64,000 bases of DNA from Halorarum halobium (GCF_032116555.1 NZ_CP134949.1:3224001-3288000), one strand, 5' to 3'. Shown: positions 39,530 to 50,239, counted from the stretch's first letter. The notes: generated from the sequence alone by a model not told the origin. Made by a program: numbers and translations.

Positions 39530-40639
39530 ATGGGACTGGAGGAGGAGATCGAGGACCTCCGCGAGGAGATCGCCGAAACCCCGTACAACAAGTCCACGGA
39601 GGGCCACATCGGGCGGCTGAAGGCGAAGCTCGCGGAGAAGAAGGAGAAGCTGGAGAACCAGTCCTCCTCCGGCGGCGGGCAGGGGTACGCCGTCGAGAAG
39701 ACCGGCGACGCGACGGTCGCGCTCGTCGGCTTCCCCTCGGTCGGCAAGTCCACGCTCATCAACGCCATCACGAACGCCGACAGCGAGGTCGGCTCCTACG
39801 AGTTCACGACCCTGAACGTGAACCCCGGAATGTTGCAGTACCGCGGCGCGAACATCCAGATCCTCGACGTTCCGGGGCTCATCGAGGGCGCGGCGGGCGG
39901 GCGCGGCGGCGGGAAGGAGGTGCTCTCGGTCGTCCGCACGGCCGACCTCGTCGTCTTCCTGCTCTCGGTGTTCGAGATCGACCAGTACGAACGGCTCGGG
40001 ACGGAACTGTACGAGAACAAGATCCGCCTCGACGTCGACCCGCCGAACATCTCCGTCCGGAAGACGCACAAGGACGGCATCCGGGTGACGATGGGCGACG
40101 GCGTCTCGCTGGAGGAGGAGACGGTCAAGAGCGTCCTCCGCGAGCACGGCTTCGTCAACGCCGCGGTGACCATCCCGCACGACCTCACCATCGACGAACT
40201 CATCGACGGCGTGATGGACAACCGGGTGTACCTCCCCTCGATGGTCGCGGTCAACAAGGCCGACCTCATCGACGAGGACTACCTGCCGACCGTGGAGGCG
40301 GAACTCCGCGAGCACGACCTCGACCCCGAGAAGGTGACGTTCATCTCCGCCGAGGAGGGCCGGGGCCTGGACGGCCTGAAGGACCGCATCTGGGAGCGGC
40401 TGGGGCTCATCCGCATCTACATGGACAAGCCGGGCCGCGGCGTCGACTACGAGGAGCCGCTCGTGCTCCGCGCGGGCGACACGGTCGCGGACGCCTGCTC
40501 GAAGCTCGGCGGCGAGTTCGAGGAGCGCTTCCGGTTCGCACGCGTCTCCGGGCCGAGCGCGAAACACGACGAACAGCAGGTCGGGACCGGCCACGAACTC
40601 GCCGACGAGGACGTACTGCGGCTGGTCACCCGGAAGTGA
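39530..40639 (+). CDS. drg: DRG/OBG-family GTP-binding protein with TGS domain
   Basis: GFPSVGKST, YEFTTL, DVPG and NKAD motifs. Confidence 0.94.
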   Translation: MGLEEEIEDLREEIAETPYNKSTEGHIGRLKAKLAEKKEKLENQSSSGGGQGYAVEKTGDATVALVGFPSVGKSTLINAITNADSEVGSYEFTTLNVNPGMLQYRGANIQILDVPGLIEGAAGGRGGGKEVLSVVRTADLVVFLLSVFEIDQYERLGTELYENKIRLDVDPPNISVRKTHKDGIRVTMGDGVSLEEETVKSVLREHGFVNAAVTIPHDLTIDELIDGVMDNRVYLPSMVAVNKADLIDEDYLPTVEAELREHDLDPEKVTFISAEEGRGLDGLKDRIWERLGLIRIYMDKPGRGVDYEEPLVLRAGDTVADACSKLGGEFEERFRFARVSGPSAKHDEQQVGTGHELADEDVLRLVTRK

Positions 40640-41175
40640 CCGGGTCGCGGGGCGGCGGGCGGCGGGGCGAACGCTCGCCGGACGCACGGCCGCTCGCCGC
40701 ACGAGCGTTCGGGACTGCCGGTCGCGCGACGCCCGCCCGGGTCGTCGCCGCGGTCCTGCTGGTCGGTCTCCTCCCCTGGTCGGTCCAGACGTTCGTCGGC
40801 GGGGAGGTGCTGTTTCGGTTCGTCTGGGGCGCGGCGAGTGCCCGAGGCGGCCTCGTTCAGAGTTTCGACCCTCGCTTTGCCGTCTCGGTGCTGACCGACT
40901 ACCCGCTGTTCTCCGGCCCGCCGCTGCTGCTCCGGTGGGTGCTCGCGGCGCTGGTCTGGACGCTCGCCGTCCTGTCGGCAGCGACCGGGTTCGTCGACGC
41001 CGAGGACCCGCGCGTCACCGCGGGACTGCTGGCGCTCGCGGGCGTCTCCAACCTCGCGGTCGCGCTGGAGTTCGGCGTCCAGCCCGGGCGGGCCGCGTAC
41101 CCGGTCGGAACGGTCACGATGTTGGCCGTCGCCGGCTGGCGGTACTTGGCGGCCCGACTCGCGGCGCGGACGTGA
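40636..41175 (+). CDS. Membrane protein coupled to drg
   Basis: Overlaps the drg stop; hydrophobic; EDPRVTAGLL motif. Confidence 0.7.
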   Translation: MTGSRGGGRRGERSPDARPLAARAFGTAGRATPARVVAAVLLVGLLPWSVQTFVGGEVLFRFVWGAASARGGLVQSFDPRFAVSVLTDYPLFSGPPLLLRWVLAALVWTLAVLSAATGFVDAEDPRVTAGLLALAGVSNLAVALEFGVQPGRAAYPVGTVTMLAVAGWRYLAARLAART

Positions 41176-41556
41176 TGGCGTCACCCGGACGCGTCCGTGT
41201 GGCGTGGTAGCAATCCCTGCTCGGCTTTTTTGTCCCTGCCCCCGTCCGTCAGTTCGAGGTGACGGCGACGTGCACGATGCCCTCCAGTCGACCGCCATCC
41301 TCCCCGGGCGCCCGCCCGCCGAACCGGCGGCCGTCGCTCCCTGGCTCGCACGCCTCGTCGTCCCGATGAACTGGTCCGTCGAACCCGACCGGACCTGATT
41401 CCCCGGCGGCGACGAGTCGGCGGCCGAGCGACCGACTCCGGGTCCCGGACTCCGTCGTCCCGCCGACCGCCGCCGTGTCGGCAGTTCCTCTCGTATCGCA
41501 GGTCGACCTCCCGTCCGCGGCGGGTCGACCCCCCGCTGACCACGCCCTCCAGACGG

Positions 41557-41730
41557 ATGTACGCACCCATACCCCCCGCCGACCACGGAACGTATCGACA
41601 CACGCCCGCGCTCGCGTCCGCAGTCGCGCTGGCGGCGCTCCCGTTCGCCGCGCTGTTCGTCGCGGCGTACCCGACCGTCGCGCTCGCGCTGCTGGTCGGC
41701 CTCATCGCCGGCCGCACCGGGAAGCCGTGA
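41557..41730 (+). CDS. Putative small membrane protein (57 aa)
   Basis: MYAPIPPADHGTYRHTPALASAVALAALPFAALFVAAYPTVALALLVGLIAGRTGKP. Confidence 0.5.
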   Translation: MYAPIPPADHGTYRHTPALASAVALAALPFAALFVAAYPTVALALLVGLIAGRTGKP

Positions 41731-41788
41731 GCGACCGCATCAGTCCTCCCTTCACCGCCTCCGTGCCGACGGACTCGCTGATTTCTCG

Positions 41789-41998
41789 CTAGCCGACTCC
41801 CGCGGATGCGAGCGGTCGCCGTCGGGGTCGACTGTCGACGACCGCGCCGCACTCGGGACAGGAACGGACCCTGACCGTCGCCGTCGTGGTCTCGACCCAC
41901 CGTTCGTCGATCGGGCTCTCGTACGCGCACGCCGGACAGAACAGGGTGCCCTTCCGGCGAACTGACTCGCTTTCGGGGGGCCGTGCGAACTCGTTCAT
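41789..41998 (-). CDS. Small CPxCG-type zinc-finger protein (69 aa)
   Basis: KGTLFCPAC...SCPECG. Confidence 0.7.
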   Translation of the reverse strand: MNEFARPPESESVRRKGTLFCPACAYESPIDERWVETTTATVRVRSCPECGAVVDSRPRRRPLASAGVG

Positions 41999-42141
41999 TT
42001 CCGAACGTACGCGCTCGAAGGGGATAGCGCTTGTTCGAGACGAAAGACGGTGAGGAACCCCGCCCCGATACGGCCCGATCGAACCCGGCGCACTCGCCCG
42101 CTGTCGGTATCCTTTTCGACGGCGCGAGCCTCCCTTCTCGC

Positions 42142-42891
42142 ATGGCATTCACGCTCGACCACGTGATGGCGCGCGTCGAGGACCTGGACGAGGCGCTCGA
42201 CTTCTACCAGGGCCACTTCGGCTACGAGGAGAAGGGGCGCTGGGACGCCGAGACGTTCACCAACGTCCACCTCGGCCCGCCGGACGCACACGAGGACGGC
42301 GCGACGCTCGAACTCACGTACAACCACGACGGCCGCTCGTACGAGATGGGCGACGGCTGGGGCCACATCGCGGTCCGCGTCGACGACGTCCACGACGCCT
42401 ACGAGGAGCTGATGGACGCGGGCGTGGAGGACTACCGCGACCCCGAGTCCTGCGGCGGCCGCTACGCGTTCGTCAAGGACCCCGACGGCCACGAGATCGA
42501 GATCGTCCAGCGGGACTACGGCGCGCGCTGGTCGCTCGACCACACGATGATCCGCGTCGAGGACGTCACGGAGGCGCTGGGCTACTGGCTCCGCACGTTC
42601 GAGTACGGACACGCCGGCCGCTGGGAGGCCGACACGTTCGCCAACTACTTCATGAAGCCCGAGGGCGCGGCCGACGAGGAGATGTCGGTCGAACTCACGT
42701 ACAACTACGACGGCCGCACCTACGACCTGGGCGACGCCTGGGGCCACCTCGCGGTCCGCGTGGACGACCTGGAGGAGGACTGGGCGACGGTGCTCGAGCG
42801 CGGCTCGGAGGACTACCGCGATCCGGAGTCGTGTGACAACCGGTACGCGTTCACGAAGGACCAGGACGGCCACGAGATCGAACTGGTCTGA
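42142..42891 (+). CDS. Glyoxalase I / VOC-family protein with two tandem domains
   Basis: Duplicated LDH.M.RV, ELTYN, WGH.AV and KD.DGHEIE motifs. Confidence 0.9.
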   Translation: MAFTLDHVMARVEDLDEALDFYQGHFGYEEKGRWDAETFTNVHLGPPDAHEDGATLELTYNHDGRSYEMGDGWGHIAVRVDDVHDAYEELMDAGVEDYRDPESCGGRYAFVKDPDGHEIEIVQRDYGARWSLDHTMIRVEDVTEALGYWLRTFEYGHAGRWEADTFANYFMKPEGAADEEMSVELTYNYDGRTYDLGDAWGHLAVRVDDLEEDWATVLERGSEDYRDPESCDNRYAFTKDQDGHEIELV

Positions 42892-43125
42892 TTCTATCGC
42901 CCCGACCGGGGCTGCCGTTTCCGTGAGCCCGTTCAGGGGTTCGGCACCGACCTCCGGGGCCACTGGGGCCGTCGACTCGTGCGTGGGTTCAGTTTTCGTG
43001 AGGGACGGCCCGGACGACGATCAGACGAGTGCTACTGGAGAGTGCCGGAGGAGCGTTCGAGGCGGACCACGCCGACCCGGGACGGTTCGGAGTGTGACGC
43101 GCGAGGACCGAACCAGAATCGAGAC

Positions 43126-44001
43126 TCACTGCTCGTTCATCGCCTCGCTGGCGATGTTCCGGCCGCGCGGCATCAGGTTCACCTCGCGGCGGGTCCGCAC
43201 CTCCTCCAACACGTCGAGTTCGATGAGGCGCTCGAACGTCTCCTCGACGCGGTCGACGTCCATGCCCAGGAAGTTCGGAACCTCGAACGAGGAGACGCCC
43301 GAGTACAGCGCCATCAGCACCTCGCGCTCGGACTCGCTCAACTCGATGGAGCCTTTCGTCTGTTTTTGCCCCTGCTTGAGGTACGACTTGATGACGGCGA
43401 CGTGCCACGGCTCGCCCGAGAGGTACGTCTGGACGCTGGTGCCGTCCTCGTCGGTGTGTTCGGCCTCGATGACGGTCCGCTTCTCGTCGAGCACCGTGCG
43501 CTCTGCCTCCTCCAGCGTGCCGATGTCGTCCAGTTCGAGGCGGACGAACGAGCCGCTCTGCTGGGCGACGCTGATGCCGTCCGGTTCGACCTTCAGGCGG
43601 GCCTGCTCGAACTCGGTGTCCTGGACGACCCCGCCCGCCACCGCGGGGTGGCGCGCGTAGATGACCCGGCGGTCGAGGAATGCTCGGTAGAGGTCCGTCC
43701 GGAACTCGTCGTGGTGCTCGGATGTGAGCAGGAACACCTCCTCGCCAAGCCGGAGGCTCACGTAGTTCGAGACGCGAGCGACCTCCTGGCTCGAATCGAA
43801 GCGCCCGCCGATCCCCTCCACGTCCGAGAGCGGGATGGTTCGCTTCCCCTCGTTGCTGACCATGACGACCCGCTTGTTCGAGAGGATGATGCGCCCGTTC
43901 GTCCAGTCGACGTCGTTCACCTTGCGGCCGCTGCGAACGGCCTGGGCGAAGCGCCCGCGGGTGTCTGCGACCTTGTACTCCTCGTCGTTCTGCTTGTTCA
44001 T
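43126..44001 (-). CDS. cheF: Archaeal chemotaxis adaptor CheF
   Basis: W.NGRIILSNKR and HPAVAGGVVQD motifs; C-terminal HTH; che cluster context. Confidence 0.9.
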   Translation of the reverse strand: MNKQNDEEYKVADTRGRFAQAVRSGRKVNDVDWTNGRIILSNKRVVMVSNEGKRTIPLSDVEGIGGRFDSSQEVARVSNYVSLRLGEEVFLLTSEHHDEFRTDLYRAFLDRRVIYARHPAVAGGVVQDTEFEQARLKVEPDGISVAQQSGSFVRLELDDIGTLEEAERTVLDEKRTVIEAEHTDEDGTSVQTYLSGEPWHVAVIKSYLKQGQKQTKGSIELSESEREVLMALYSGVSSFEVPNFLGMDVDRVEETFERLIELDVLEEVRTRREVNLMPRGRNIASEAMNEQ

Positions 44002-45221
44002 TGTCTGATGCCTCCGAGCTTCGAGAGGGCGGCGAAGGCCCGTTTCCGGACCTGCTTGTCCACGTCGCTATCAGTGATTCGGTCCAGCTCCTCGCGGGCC
44101 CGCGACCCGCCGACGTCGCCGAGCGCGAACGCCGCCTTGGCGCGCGCCTCGACCGGCGCCTCGTCGTCCCGCAGGAGGTCGATGAGCGACGACTCGACGC
44201 TGTGGCCATCCAGTTCGGTGATGCTCGTGGCCGCGAACTGCGCGGTCATCTTGTCGTCGTCGGTGAGCGTCTCGACCAGCGCGTCGATGACGAGCTGTGG
44301 CGGCTGGTCGCTCGTGACGCGCCCGAGGAACCAGACGGCGTTGCGGCGCTGGCGGGCCTGGGACGCCTCCTCCAGGATCTCCACCAGCGGCCCGAGCACC
44401 GTTCCGTCGTCGGCCTCCTTCAGTTCGGAGACGACCGTCTCCCGCACCTGGTGGGACTGCTTGGTCGGCGCGTTCGCCAGCAGTTCGATGATCGAGAAGA
44501 CGGCCGCCCGGCGGACGGTGTCGTGCTCGTCGCCCAGCGCCGCGGCGAGCCGCGGCACCGGCTCCGCGCTGCTGGCGTTGCCGAGCGCGCTCGCCGCGAC
44601 GCGGCGGATCGAGGAGTTCTCGTCCTCCAGCAGGTCCACCAGCGCCGCGAGCGCCTTCCCCGTGGCGATGGTGCCCAGCGCGTCCGCCGCGGCCGCCTTC
44701 ACCGCGCCGTGATCGTCTTCGAGCTTCGCCTCGAGTTTCCCGACCGGGCGCGGGTCGCCGATGCGACCCAGCGCGTGACAGACTCGCTCGCGGACGCGGG
44801 GGTCCGGGTCGTCGAGTCGCTTCACGAGCGGGCCGACCGCGTCGCCGTCGCCGATGCGACCCAGCGCGTTGGCGGCGGCCATCCGGAACTCCGGGATGTC
44901 CGCCGAGAGGGCGCGCGCGAACGCCCGGATGGCCGCCCAGTCAGCGCCGTCGGGGTTGACGTCCGCGGTCCGGGCGAGCAGCCGTTCGAGCGCCTCGTCG
45001 CCAAGGTCGTCCAGCGCGTCGACCGCCGCCGCACGGACCTTGTCGTCGTCGTCGTCGGTGACGAGGTGGACGAGCACGTCCATCGTCCGGTCGTCCTCCA
45101 TGTCGCCGACGTCGCCGAGCATCAGCGCCGCGCGGCGCCGGACCGCGGGGCTGTCGCTGTGTTTGGCCCGCTCACAGAGCTCCTCCATGTCGTTGTCCCG
45201 GGCGAGTGTGTAGAGCGACAT
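43998..45221 (-). CDS. HEAT/PBS-repeat protein of the haloarchaeal che cluster
   Basis: Repeated AA.ALG.IG units; lies between cheR and cheF. Confidence 0.88.
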   Translation of the reverse strand: MSLYTLARDNDMEELCERAKHSDSPAVRRRAALMLGDVGDMEDDRTMDVLVHLVTDDDDDKVRAAAVDALDDLGDEALERLLARTADVNPDGADWAAIRAFARALSADIPEFRMAAANALGRIGDGDAVGPLVKRLDDPDPRVRERVCHALGRIGDPRPVGKLEAKLEDDHGAVKAAAADALGTIATGKALAALVDLLEDENSSIRRVAASALGNASSAEPVPRLAAALGDEHDTVRRAAVFSIIELLANAPTKQSHQVRETVVSELKEADDGTVLGPLVEILEEASQARQRRNAVWFLGRVTSDQPPQLVIDALVETLTDDDKMTAQFAATSITELDGHSVESSLIDLLRDDEAPVEARAKAAFALGDVGGSRAREELDRITDSDVDKQVRKRAFAALSKLGGIRQ

Positions 45222-46030
45222 TATCCCGTGTATCGGTAGATGCGGCTGCGTTTGGCGACCGGGTCGAACGCGTCGCGGGCGCCGGGCGGGACCGTCTCCG
45301 TCTTGCCGACGACGAGGTAGCCGCCGTCCCGCAGCGAGGACTGCAGCGTGTCGAACAGGCTCTCCTTGTACCCGGTGTCGATGTAGATGAGCAGGTTCCG
45401 ACAGAACAGCAGGTCGACGTCCGAGCGGCCCCCGTCGCTGATGAGGTCCCGCGTCTCGAAGGTGACCCGGCGTTTCACCGCCTCGCGGACGCGGAAGACG
45501 TTCCCGTCCTGTTCGACGTACTCCTCGGCGGCCGACAGCGGGCCGAGTTCCTTCCCGATGTCGGTCGTGCGGGTGGTCTCGTACTCGCCCTTCCGGGCGG
45601 CAGCGAGCGCCTCCTCGCTGATGTCCGAGGCGGTCACGTCGACGGACGCCTCGTCGATTTCCGGGTCGTCGGCCGCGAGCATCGCCAGCGAGTACGGCTC
45701 CCGGCCGTCCGCACAGGGGGCGCTCCAGGCGTTCACCCGCCGCTGGTCGGCCGAAAGGTCCCGGAGGACCGGGCGGAGGTCCGCCCACATGTCCGGGTCC
45801 CGGAAGAAGCCGGTCACGTTGATCGTGAGCGCGTCCAGCAGGGCGTCGCGCTCGGCGTCGTCGCGCCGGAGGATGCCCAGGTACTCGGCGTGGTTCTCGG
45901 CGTCACGGCGCTGCATCCGCGCGGCGATGCGCCGGCCGAGGTACGCCTCGTTGTAGTAGCCCGGTTCGAACGGCACCTCGTCCTCGACGTAGCGGATGAC
46001 CTGTCCGAACCCGTCGTCGCTCGCGCTCAT
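45221..46030 (-). CDS. cheR: Chemotaxis methyltransferase CheR
   Basis: TINVTGFFRD, WSAPCADGREPYS and CRNLLIY motifs. Confidence 0.95.
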   Translation of the reverse strand: MSASDDGFGQVIRYVEDEVPFEPGYYNEAYLGRRIAARMQRRDAENHAEYLGILRRDDAERDALLDALTINVTGFFRDPDMWADLRPVLRDLSADQRRVNAWSAPCADGREPYSLAMLAADDPEIDEASVDVTASDISEEALAAARKGEYETTRTTDIGKELGPLSAAEEYVEQDGNVFRVREAVKRRVTFETRDLISDGGRSDVDLLFCRNLLIYIDTGYKESLFDTLQSSLRDGGYLVVGKTETVPPGARDAFDPVAKRSRIYRYTG

Positions 46031-48324
46031 CGGGCCTCCCCCAGCGTCTCCACGTCGAGGATCGACACCACGTCGCCGTCCCCGAGCACCGCGGTCCCCG
46101 AGAGGCCGGGCGTCCCCGAGAGGATGCCCTCCAGCGGCTTCACCACGACTTCCTCCTGGTGGAGCACCTGGTCACAGTGGAGCGCCACGGGCCGCTTCTC
46201 CCCGCGGATGCGCAACAGCATCCCGTCGTTCCCGGCGGCGTCTTCCCCCCGGGCTTCGGGGGCGTCTTCCCTCCGATTCGCTTTGCCCTCCTGCGGTCGG
46301 TCGCTGCCGCCGTCCGCGACCGCGGGCCCGACGCCGCCGCCGGTCGCGTCCGCGAACAGCTCGCCCAGCCTGACGACCGGGTAGATGTCGCCGTCGTGGC
46401 GCACGATCTCCTCCCCGTTGGCGACGTCGAGACCGCCCGCGCGGGACACCTCGCCGATGTTCTTGATCGGAACGCCGTACTCCACGCCGTTCACCTCGAT
46501 GAACATCACGCGGACGATGGCGACCGTGACGGGCAGCCGGATCTCGAACCGCGTGCCCTCGCCGGGCGTCGAGTCGAGCGTGACGTGGCCGTCGAGCTCC
46601 TTCACGGTCGTCTTCACCACGTCCATGCCGACGCCCCGGCCCGAGACGTCGGTCACCTCGTCGTTGGTCGAGAACCCGGGGTGGAACACGAGCTGGCGGG
46701 CCTCGTCGTCGTCCATCGCCTCGACCTCGGCCGGCGTCTTCACGCCCTCCTCGACGGCCTTCTCGCGGAGCGCGTCCGCCTCGATGCCGCCGCCGTCGTC
46801 CTCGACGACGATGGTGACGTGGTCGCGCTCGCGGGTCGCCCGGAGCTCGACGGTGCCCGCCGAGTCCTTCCCGGCGGCCTCGCGCTCGGCGGGCGACTCG
46901 ATGCCGTGATCCACGGCGTTGCGGAGGATGTGGACGAGCGGGTCCCGGATCTCGGTGAGGATGGTCCGGTCGAGCTCGATGTCCCGGCCGTCGATGTCGA
47001 AGTTCACCTCCTTGTCCTGGTCGCGCGCGAGGTCGCGCACGAGCCGCGGGAACGTGTCCACGACCGCCGACAGCGGGATGAGTCGCATGTCCATCACCGT
47101 GTTCTGGAGGTTCGAGCTGATCTTGTCGAGCTCGTCGAGGTTGTCCGAGTCGATGCCGGCCTCCTCCATCTCCCGGCGGAGCTTGATGCGGCTCGTCACC
47201 AGTTGCTCGACGAGCCCGTACAGGTCGTCGAGCTGGTCCACGTCGACGCGGATCGACGATATCGTATCCGAGGAGCCCCCGCTCCGATTCCCGCCGTCGT
47301 CGTCGGGTTTCTTCGCCTCGTCTCCCTCCTCCGACGCGGGGCCCGGGGTCGCCTCCGCGCCGGTCGACCCGTCCGCTTGCGCGCCGGATTCGGAGTCGGC
47401 TCCCGTCTCGGCGCCCGACTCCGGCTCGGTTCCGACGTCCGATTCCGCGTCAGACCCGTCGTCCGGGGCCGGCTCGACGGTCGCAACCTCGACGGCGGCG
47501 ACCTGGCTGGCCGCGTCGATGCCGGCGGACACCTCGTCGGAACTGCCCGCAGTCAGGTAGCAGTCGAAGCCGTCCGCGCCGGCGCCGTCCTCGACCGCCT
47601 CGCGCTCGGGGTCGGTCGTCAGGTCGCCGAAGGAGCCCTCGACGGCCTGCAGGAGGAACATCGCGTCCACCCCGGCCATGTCGGTCTCCGCGAGCGTCAC
47701 GCTCGCACGGTAGACGCCCTCGTCGTCGGCCGGGTCGAGGCCGTGCTCGAAGTCGGCGGCGTCGACCCGCTCCGGGGACCCGTCGTCCGTCGCGTCCGCC
47801 TCGTCGGCCCCGGTCGACTCGTCGGGTCCGGCTGACTCGCCGGCCGACCCCGTGCCCGAACCCGGAGCGGTGTCGGTAGCGTCGTCAGCCTCCGATTCCC
47901 CATTCTGTCCGTCGGTTTCAGTCCCTTCCCCCTCGGTCGCGGAAGCGCCACCCTCGACTAACGTTCGGAGCGCGTCCTCGGTGTCGCTCGGGTCGACGTT
48001 CGTCTCGCCCGTCTCGTCGATCTCGCCGAGCATCGCGTCGAGGTGGTCGACCCCCTCGAACAGCAGGTCCATCAGTTCGCCCGAGACGTCGATGTCGCCG
48101 TCGCGGACCTCGTCGAGCAGGTCCTCCATCGCGTGGGCCAGCCCCGAAAAGGAGGTGAAGCCCATCGCCGCCGCGTTCCCCTTCAGCGTGTGTGCGGTGC
48201 GGAAGATGGCGTCCATCGCCTCCGCGTCGTCGGGATCCGACTCCAGCGCGAGCAGCGAGTTGTTGAGTTCGGTGATGCCCTCCTCGCTCTCGCGGACGAA
48301 CGCGCGAACGTGCGCGTCCGACAT
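46027..48324 (-). CDS. cheA: Chemotaxis histidine kinase CheA
   Basis: Hpt FRTAHTLKG, HILRNAVDHG, DDGGGI and SGRGVGMDVV motifs; CheW-like P5 domain. Confidence 0.97.
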   Translation of the reverse strand: MSDAHVRAFVRESEEGITELNNSLLALESDPDDAEAMDAIFRTAHTLKGNAAAMGFTSFSGLAHAMEDLLDEVRDGDIDVSGELMDLLFEGVDHLDAMLGEIDETGETNVDPSDTEDALRTLVEGGASATEGEGTETDGQNGESEADDATDTAPGSGTGSAGESAGPDESTGADEADATDDGSPERVDAADFEHGLDPADDEGVYRASVTLAETDMAGVDAMFLLQAVEGSFGDLTTDPEREAVEDGAGADGFDCYLTAGSSDEVSAGIDAASQVAAVEVATVEPAPDDGSDAESDVGTEPESGAETGADSESGAQADGSTGAEATPGPASEEGDEAKKPDDDGGNRSGGSSDTISSIRVDVDQLDDLYGLVEQLVTSRIKLRREMEEAGIDSDNLDELDKISSNLQNTVMDMRLIPLSAVVDTFPRLVRDLARDQDKEVNFDIDGRDIELDRTILTEIRDPLVHILRNAVDHGIESPAEREAAGKDSAGTVELRATRERDHVTIVVEDDGGGIEADALREKAVEEGVKTPAEVEAMDDDEARQLVFHPGFSTNDEVTDVSGRGVGMDVVKTTVKELDGHVTLDSTPGEGTRFEIRLPVTVAIVRVMFIEVNGVEYGVPIKNIGEVSRAGGLDVANGEEIVRHDGDIYPVVRLGELFADATGGGVGPAVADGGSDRPQEGKANRREDAPEARGEDAAGNDGMLLRIRGEKRPVALHCDQVLHQEEVVVKPLEGILSGTPGLSGTAVLGDGDVVSILDVETLGEAR

Positions 48325-49377
48325 CTACGGGGCACCCCCGACGATGCCGCCGGCGACGTCGTCCAGCGGGAGCACGCTTCCGACCCGGCCCGTCGCCGCC
48401 GCGCGCTTGGGCATGCCGTAGACGACCGAGGTCTCCTCGTCCTGTGCGATGATCCGGCCGCCGGCGTCGTCGATGGCGGTGACGCCGGTCGCGCCGTCGT
48501 CGCCCATCCCGGTCAGGATGACGCCGACGATCGGGTCGTCCACGGTTTCGGCCACGGACTCCATCGTCACGTTGACCGAGGGGCGGACGTTCTGGCCGCG
48601 ATCCTCGTCGACGAGTTCGACCCGGAGCCGTCCCCCGCTGTACCGGGTGACCGCGAGGTGCTTCCCGCCGCGAGCCACGAGCACCTCGCCGCGGCCGACC
48701 CGTGCGCCGTCCGTGGCTTCCGAGACGGCCAGCGAGCAGGCCGAGTCGAGCCGGTCGGCGAACCGGCCGGTGAACGCCTCGGGCATGTGCTGGACCACGA
48801 GCACGCGCACGTCCGCTCCACCCGGGATCCCGGCGAGCACGCGCTCGACGGCGTCCGGTCCCCCGGTCGAGGAGCCGATGACGACCGTCGTGTTCGGCTC
48901 GACGCCGTCGGTCGTCGTCGTGGTCGTCGCCGACCCGCCGTGGGTCGCGGCCGCGACGGCCGCGCCGCCGCTGAGGTCCGCCTCCGCGACCGAGCGGACC
49001 GTCTCCACCAGCTGTTCCTCCAGCCGCGAGACGCCCATCGACACCTCGCCGCCCGGCTTCGCGAAGAAGTCGACCGCGCCCGCGTCCAGCGCCGCGAACG
49101 TCTCCTCGGCGCCGTCTTCGGTGTACGCCGAGAGCATGAGCGTCGGCGTCGGCTGCTCGCGCATGATGCGCTCGACGGCCTCGATGCCGTCCATCCGCGG
49201 CATCTCGACGTCCATCGTCACGACGTCGGGCTCCACCTCGGCCACGACCGTCAGCGCCTCGGCCCCGTCGGCCGCCTCGCCGACGACGTCGATGCCGCCG
49301 GATTCGAGGATGTCGGTGATGAGTCCCCGCATGAACCGCGAGTCGTCCACGACGACCGTCCGGGGTGCGTCGGTCAC
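48325..49377 (-). CDS. cheB: Chemotaxis methylesterase CheB
   Basis: Receiver domain (VVDDS, MDVEMP); GSSTGGP, QHMP and LTGMGDDG motifs. Confidence 0.96.
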   Translation of the reverse strand: MTDAPRTVVVDDSRFMRGLITDILESGGIDVVGEAADGAEALTVVAEVEPDVVTMDVEMPRMDGIEAVERIMREQPTPTLMLSAYTEDGAEETFAALDAGAVDFFAKPGGEVSMGVSRLEEQLVETVRSVAEADLSGGAAVAAATHGGSATTTTTTDGVEPNTTVVIGSSTGGPDAVERVLAGIPGGADVRVLVVQHMPEAFTGRFADRLDSACSLAVSEATDGARVGRGEVLVARGGKHLAVTRYSGGRLRVELVDEDRGQNVRPSVNVTMESVAETVDDPIVGVILTGMGDDGATGVTAIDDAGGRIIAQDEETSVVYGMPKRAAATGRVGSVLPLDDVAGGIVGGAP

Positions 49378-49520
49378 GGCCGCACACCTCCCGCCGATCG
49401 CTGCCCCTCTCCTGTCATGCACGGTCGTATCCCCAGCCGTTCCTTCAAGGCTCCGTCCCGAATTTCAGCGGTGATAGTTCGGGGAACACCGTTAAGACCG
49501 ACGAACGGGCGGGATTGGAC

Positions 49521-49970
49521 ATGGCGAGCAGTCAGCACCCGACCGACGACGCCGCCGACCGGGGAGAGACGACGCAGGTACTCGAGTTCGGTCTCGGCGA
49601 TGAGACGTACTGTCTGGACATCGGCTACATCGACGAGATAGTCGACGCGGGCGATCTCACGGCCATCCCGAACTCGCCGACCCACGTCGAGGGCGTGATG
49701 GACCTGCGCGGGAAGACGACGACCATCATCGACCCGAAGACGCTGCTCGGGGTCGCCGGGGACGGCGCGCGCGAGCGGATCATCGTCTTCGACCCCGACG
49801 AGACGTCCGAGGGTGGGACGGTCGGCTGGGTCGTCGACGAGGTGTTCCAGGTCCGCGACGTGGCCGCAGACGAGGTGGACGAGGGCACGACCGCCGGCGA
49901 CGACGACGTCCGGGGGATCGTCAAGGGCGAGGACCGGTTCGTCGTCTGGGTCGAACCGCAGACCGAGTAG
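49521..49970 (+). CDS. cheW: Chemotaxis coupling protein CheW
   Basis: QVLEFGLG, IPNSP.HVEGVMDLRG and GWVVDEV motifs. Confidence 0.94.
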   Translation: MASSQHPTDDAADRGETTQVLEFGLGDETYCLDIGYIDEIVDAGDLTAIPNSPTHVEGVMDLRGKTTTIIDPKTLLGVAGDGARERIIVFDPDETSEGGTVGWVVDEVFQVRDVAADEVDEGTTAGDDDVRGIVKGEDRFVVWVEPQTE

Positions 49971-50239
49971 TCGGCGGTACGCTCGGGCTGCCGTCCGTTT
50001 TGTGACGTTCGGCGTGCACGAGCCGCGGGCATCCGATTTTCGCCGACTGCGACGTTGTTTCGGGGAACGTGTGCCGTCCGAAGCGGCGCGGGAAGCGGGT
50101 CCTGCGCGTGGCCAATAAATCGTATTTCGCGATATAGAATTTTCATCGACGGGCCGAACGTGACCGGAGCCGACACGGCTCACGCTCGTCGGTCGGGAGC
50201 CGGCGGTCGGCGGTCGAACGCGTCGACGCTGCCCGAATC

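Noticed and set aside
47280..47960. Long acidic low-complexity stretches in CheA (also in the ChlID-like and ArsA proteins) as inteins or insertions
   Set aside because: They are ordinary disordered linkers with no intein splice-junction or endonuclease motifs.
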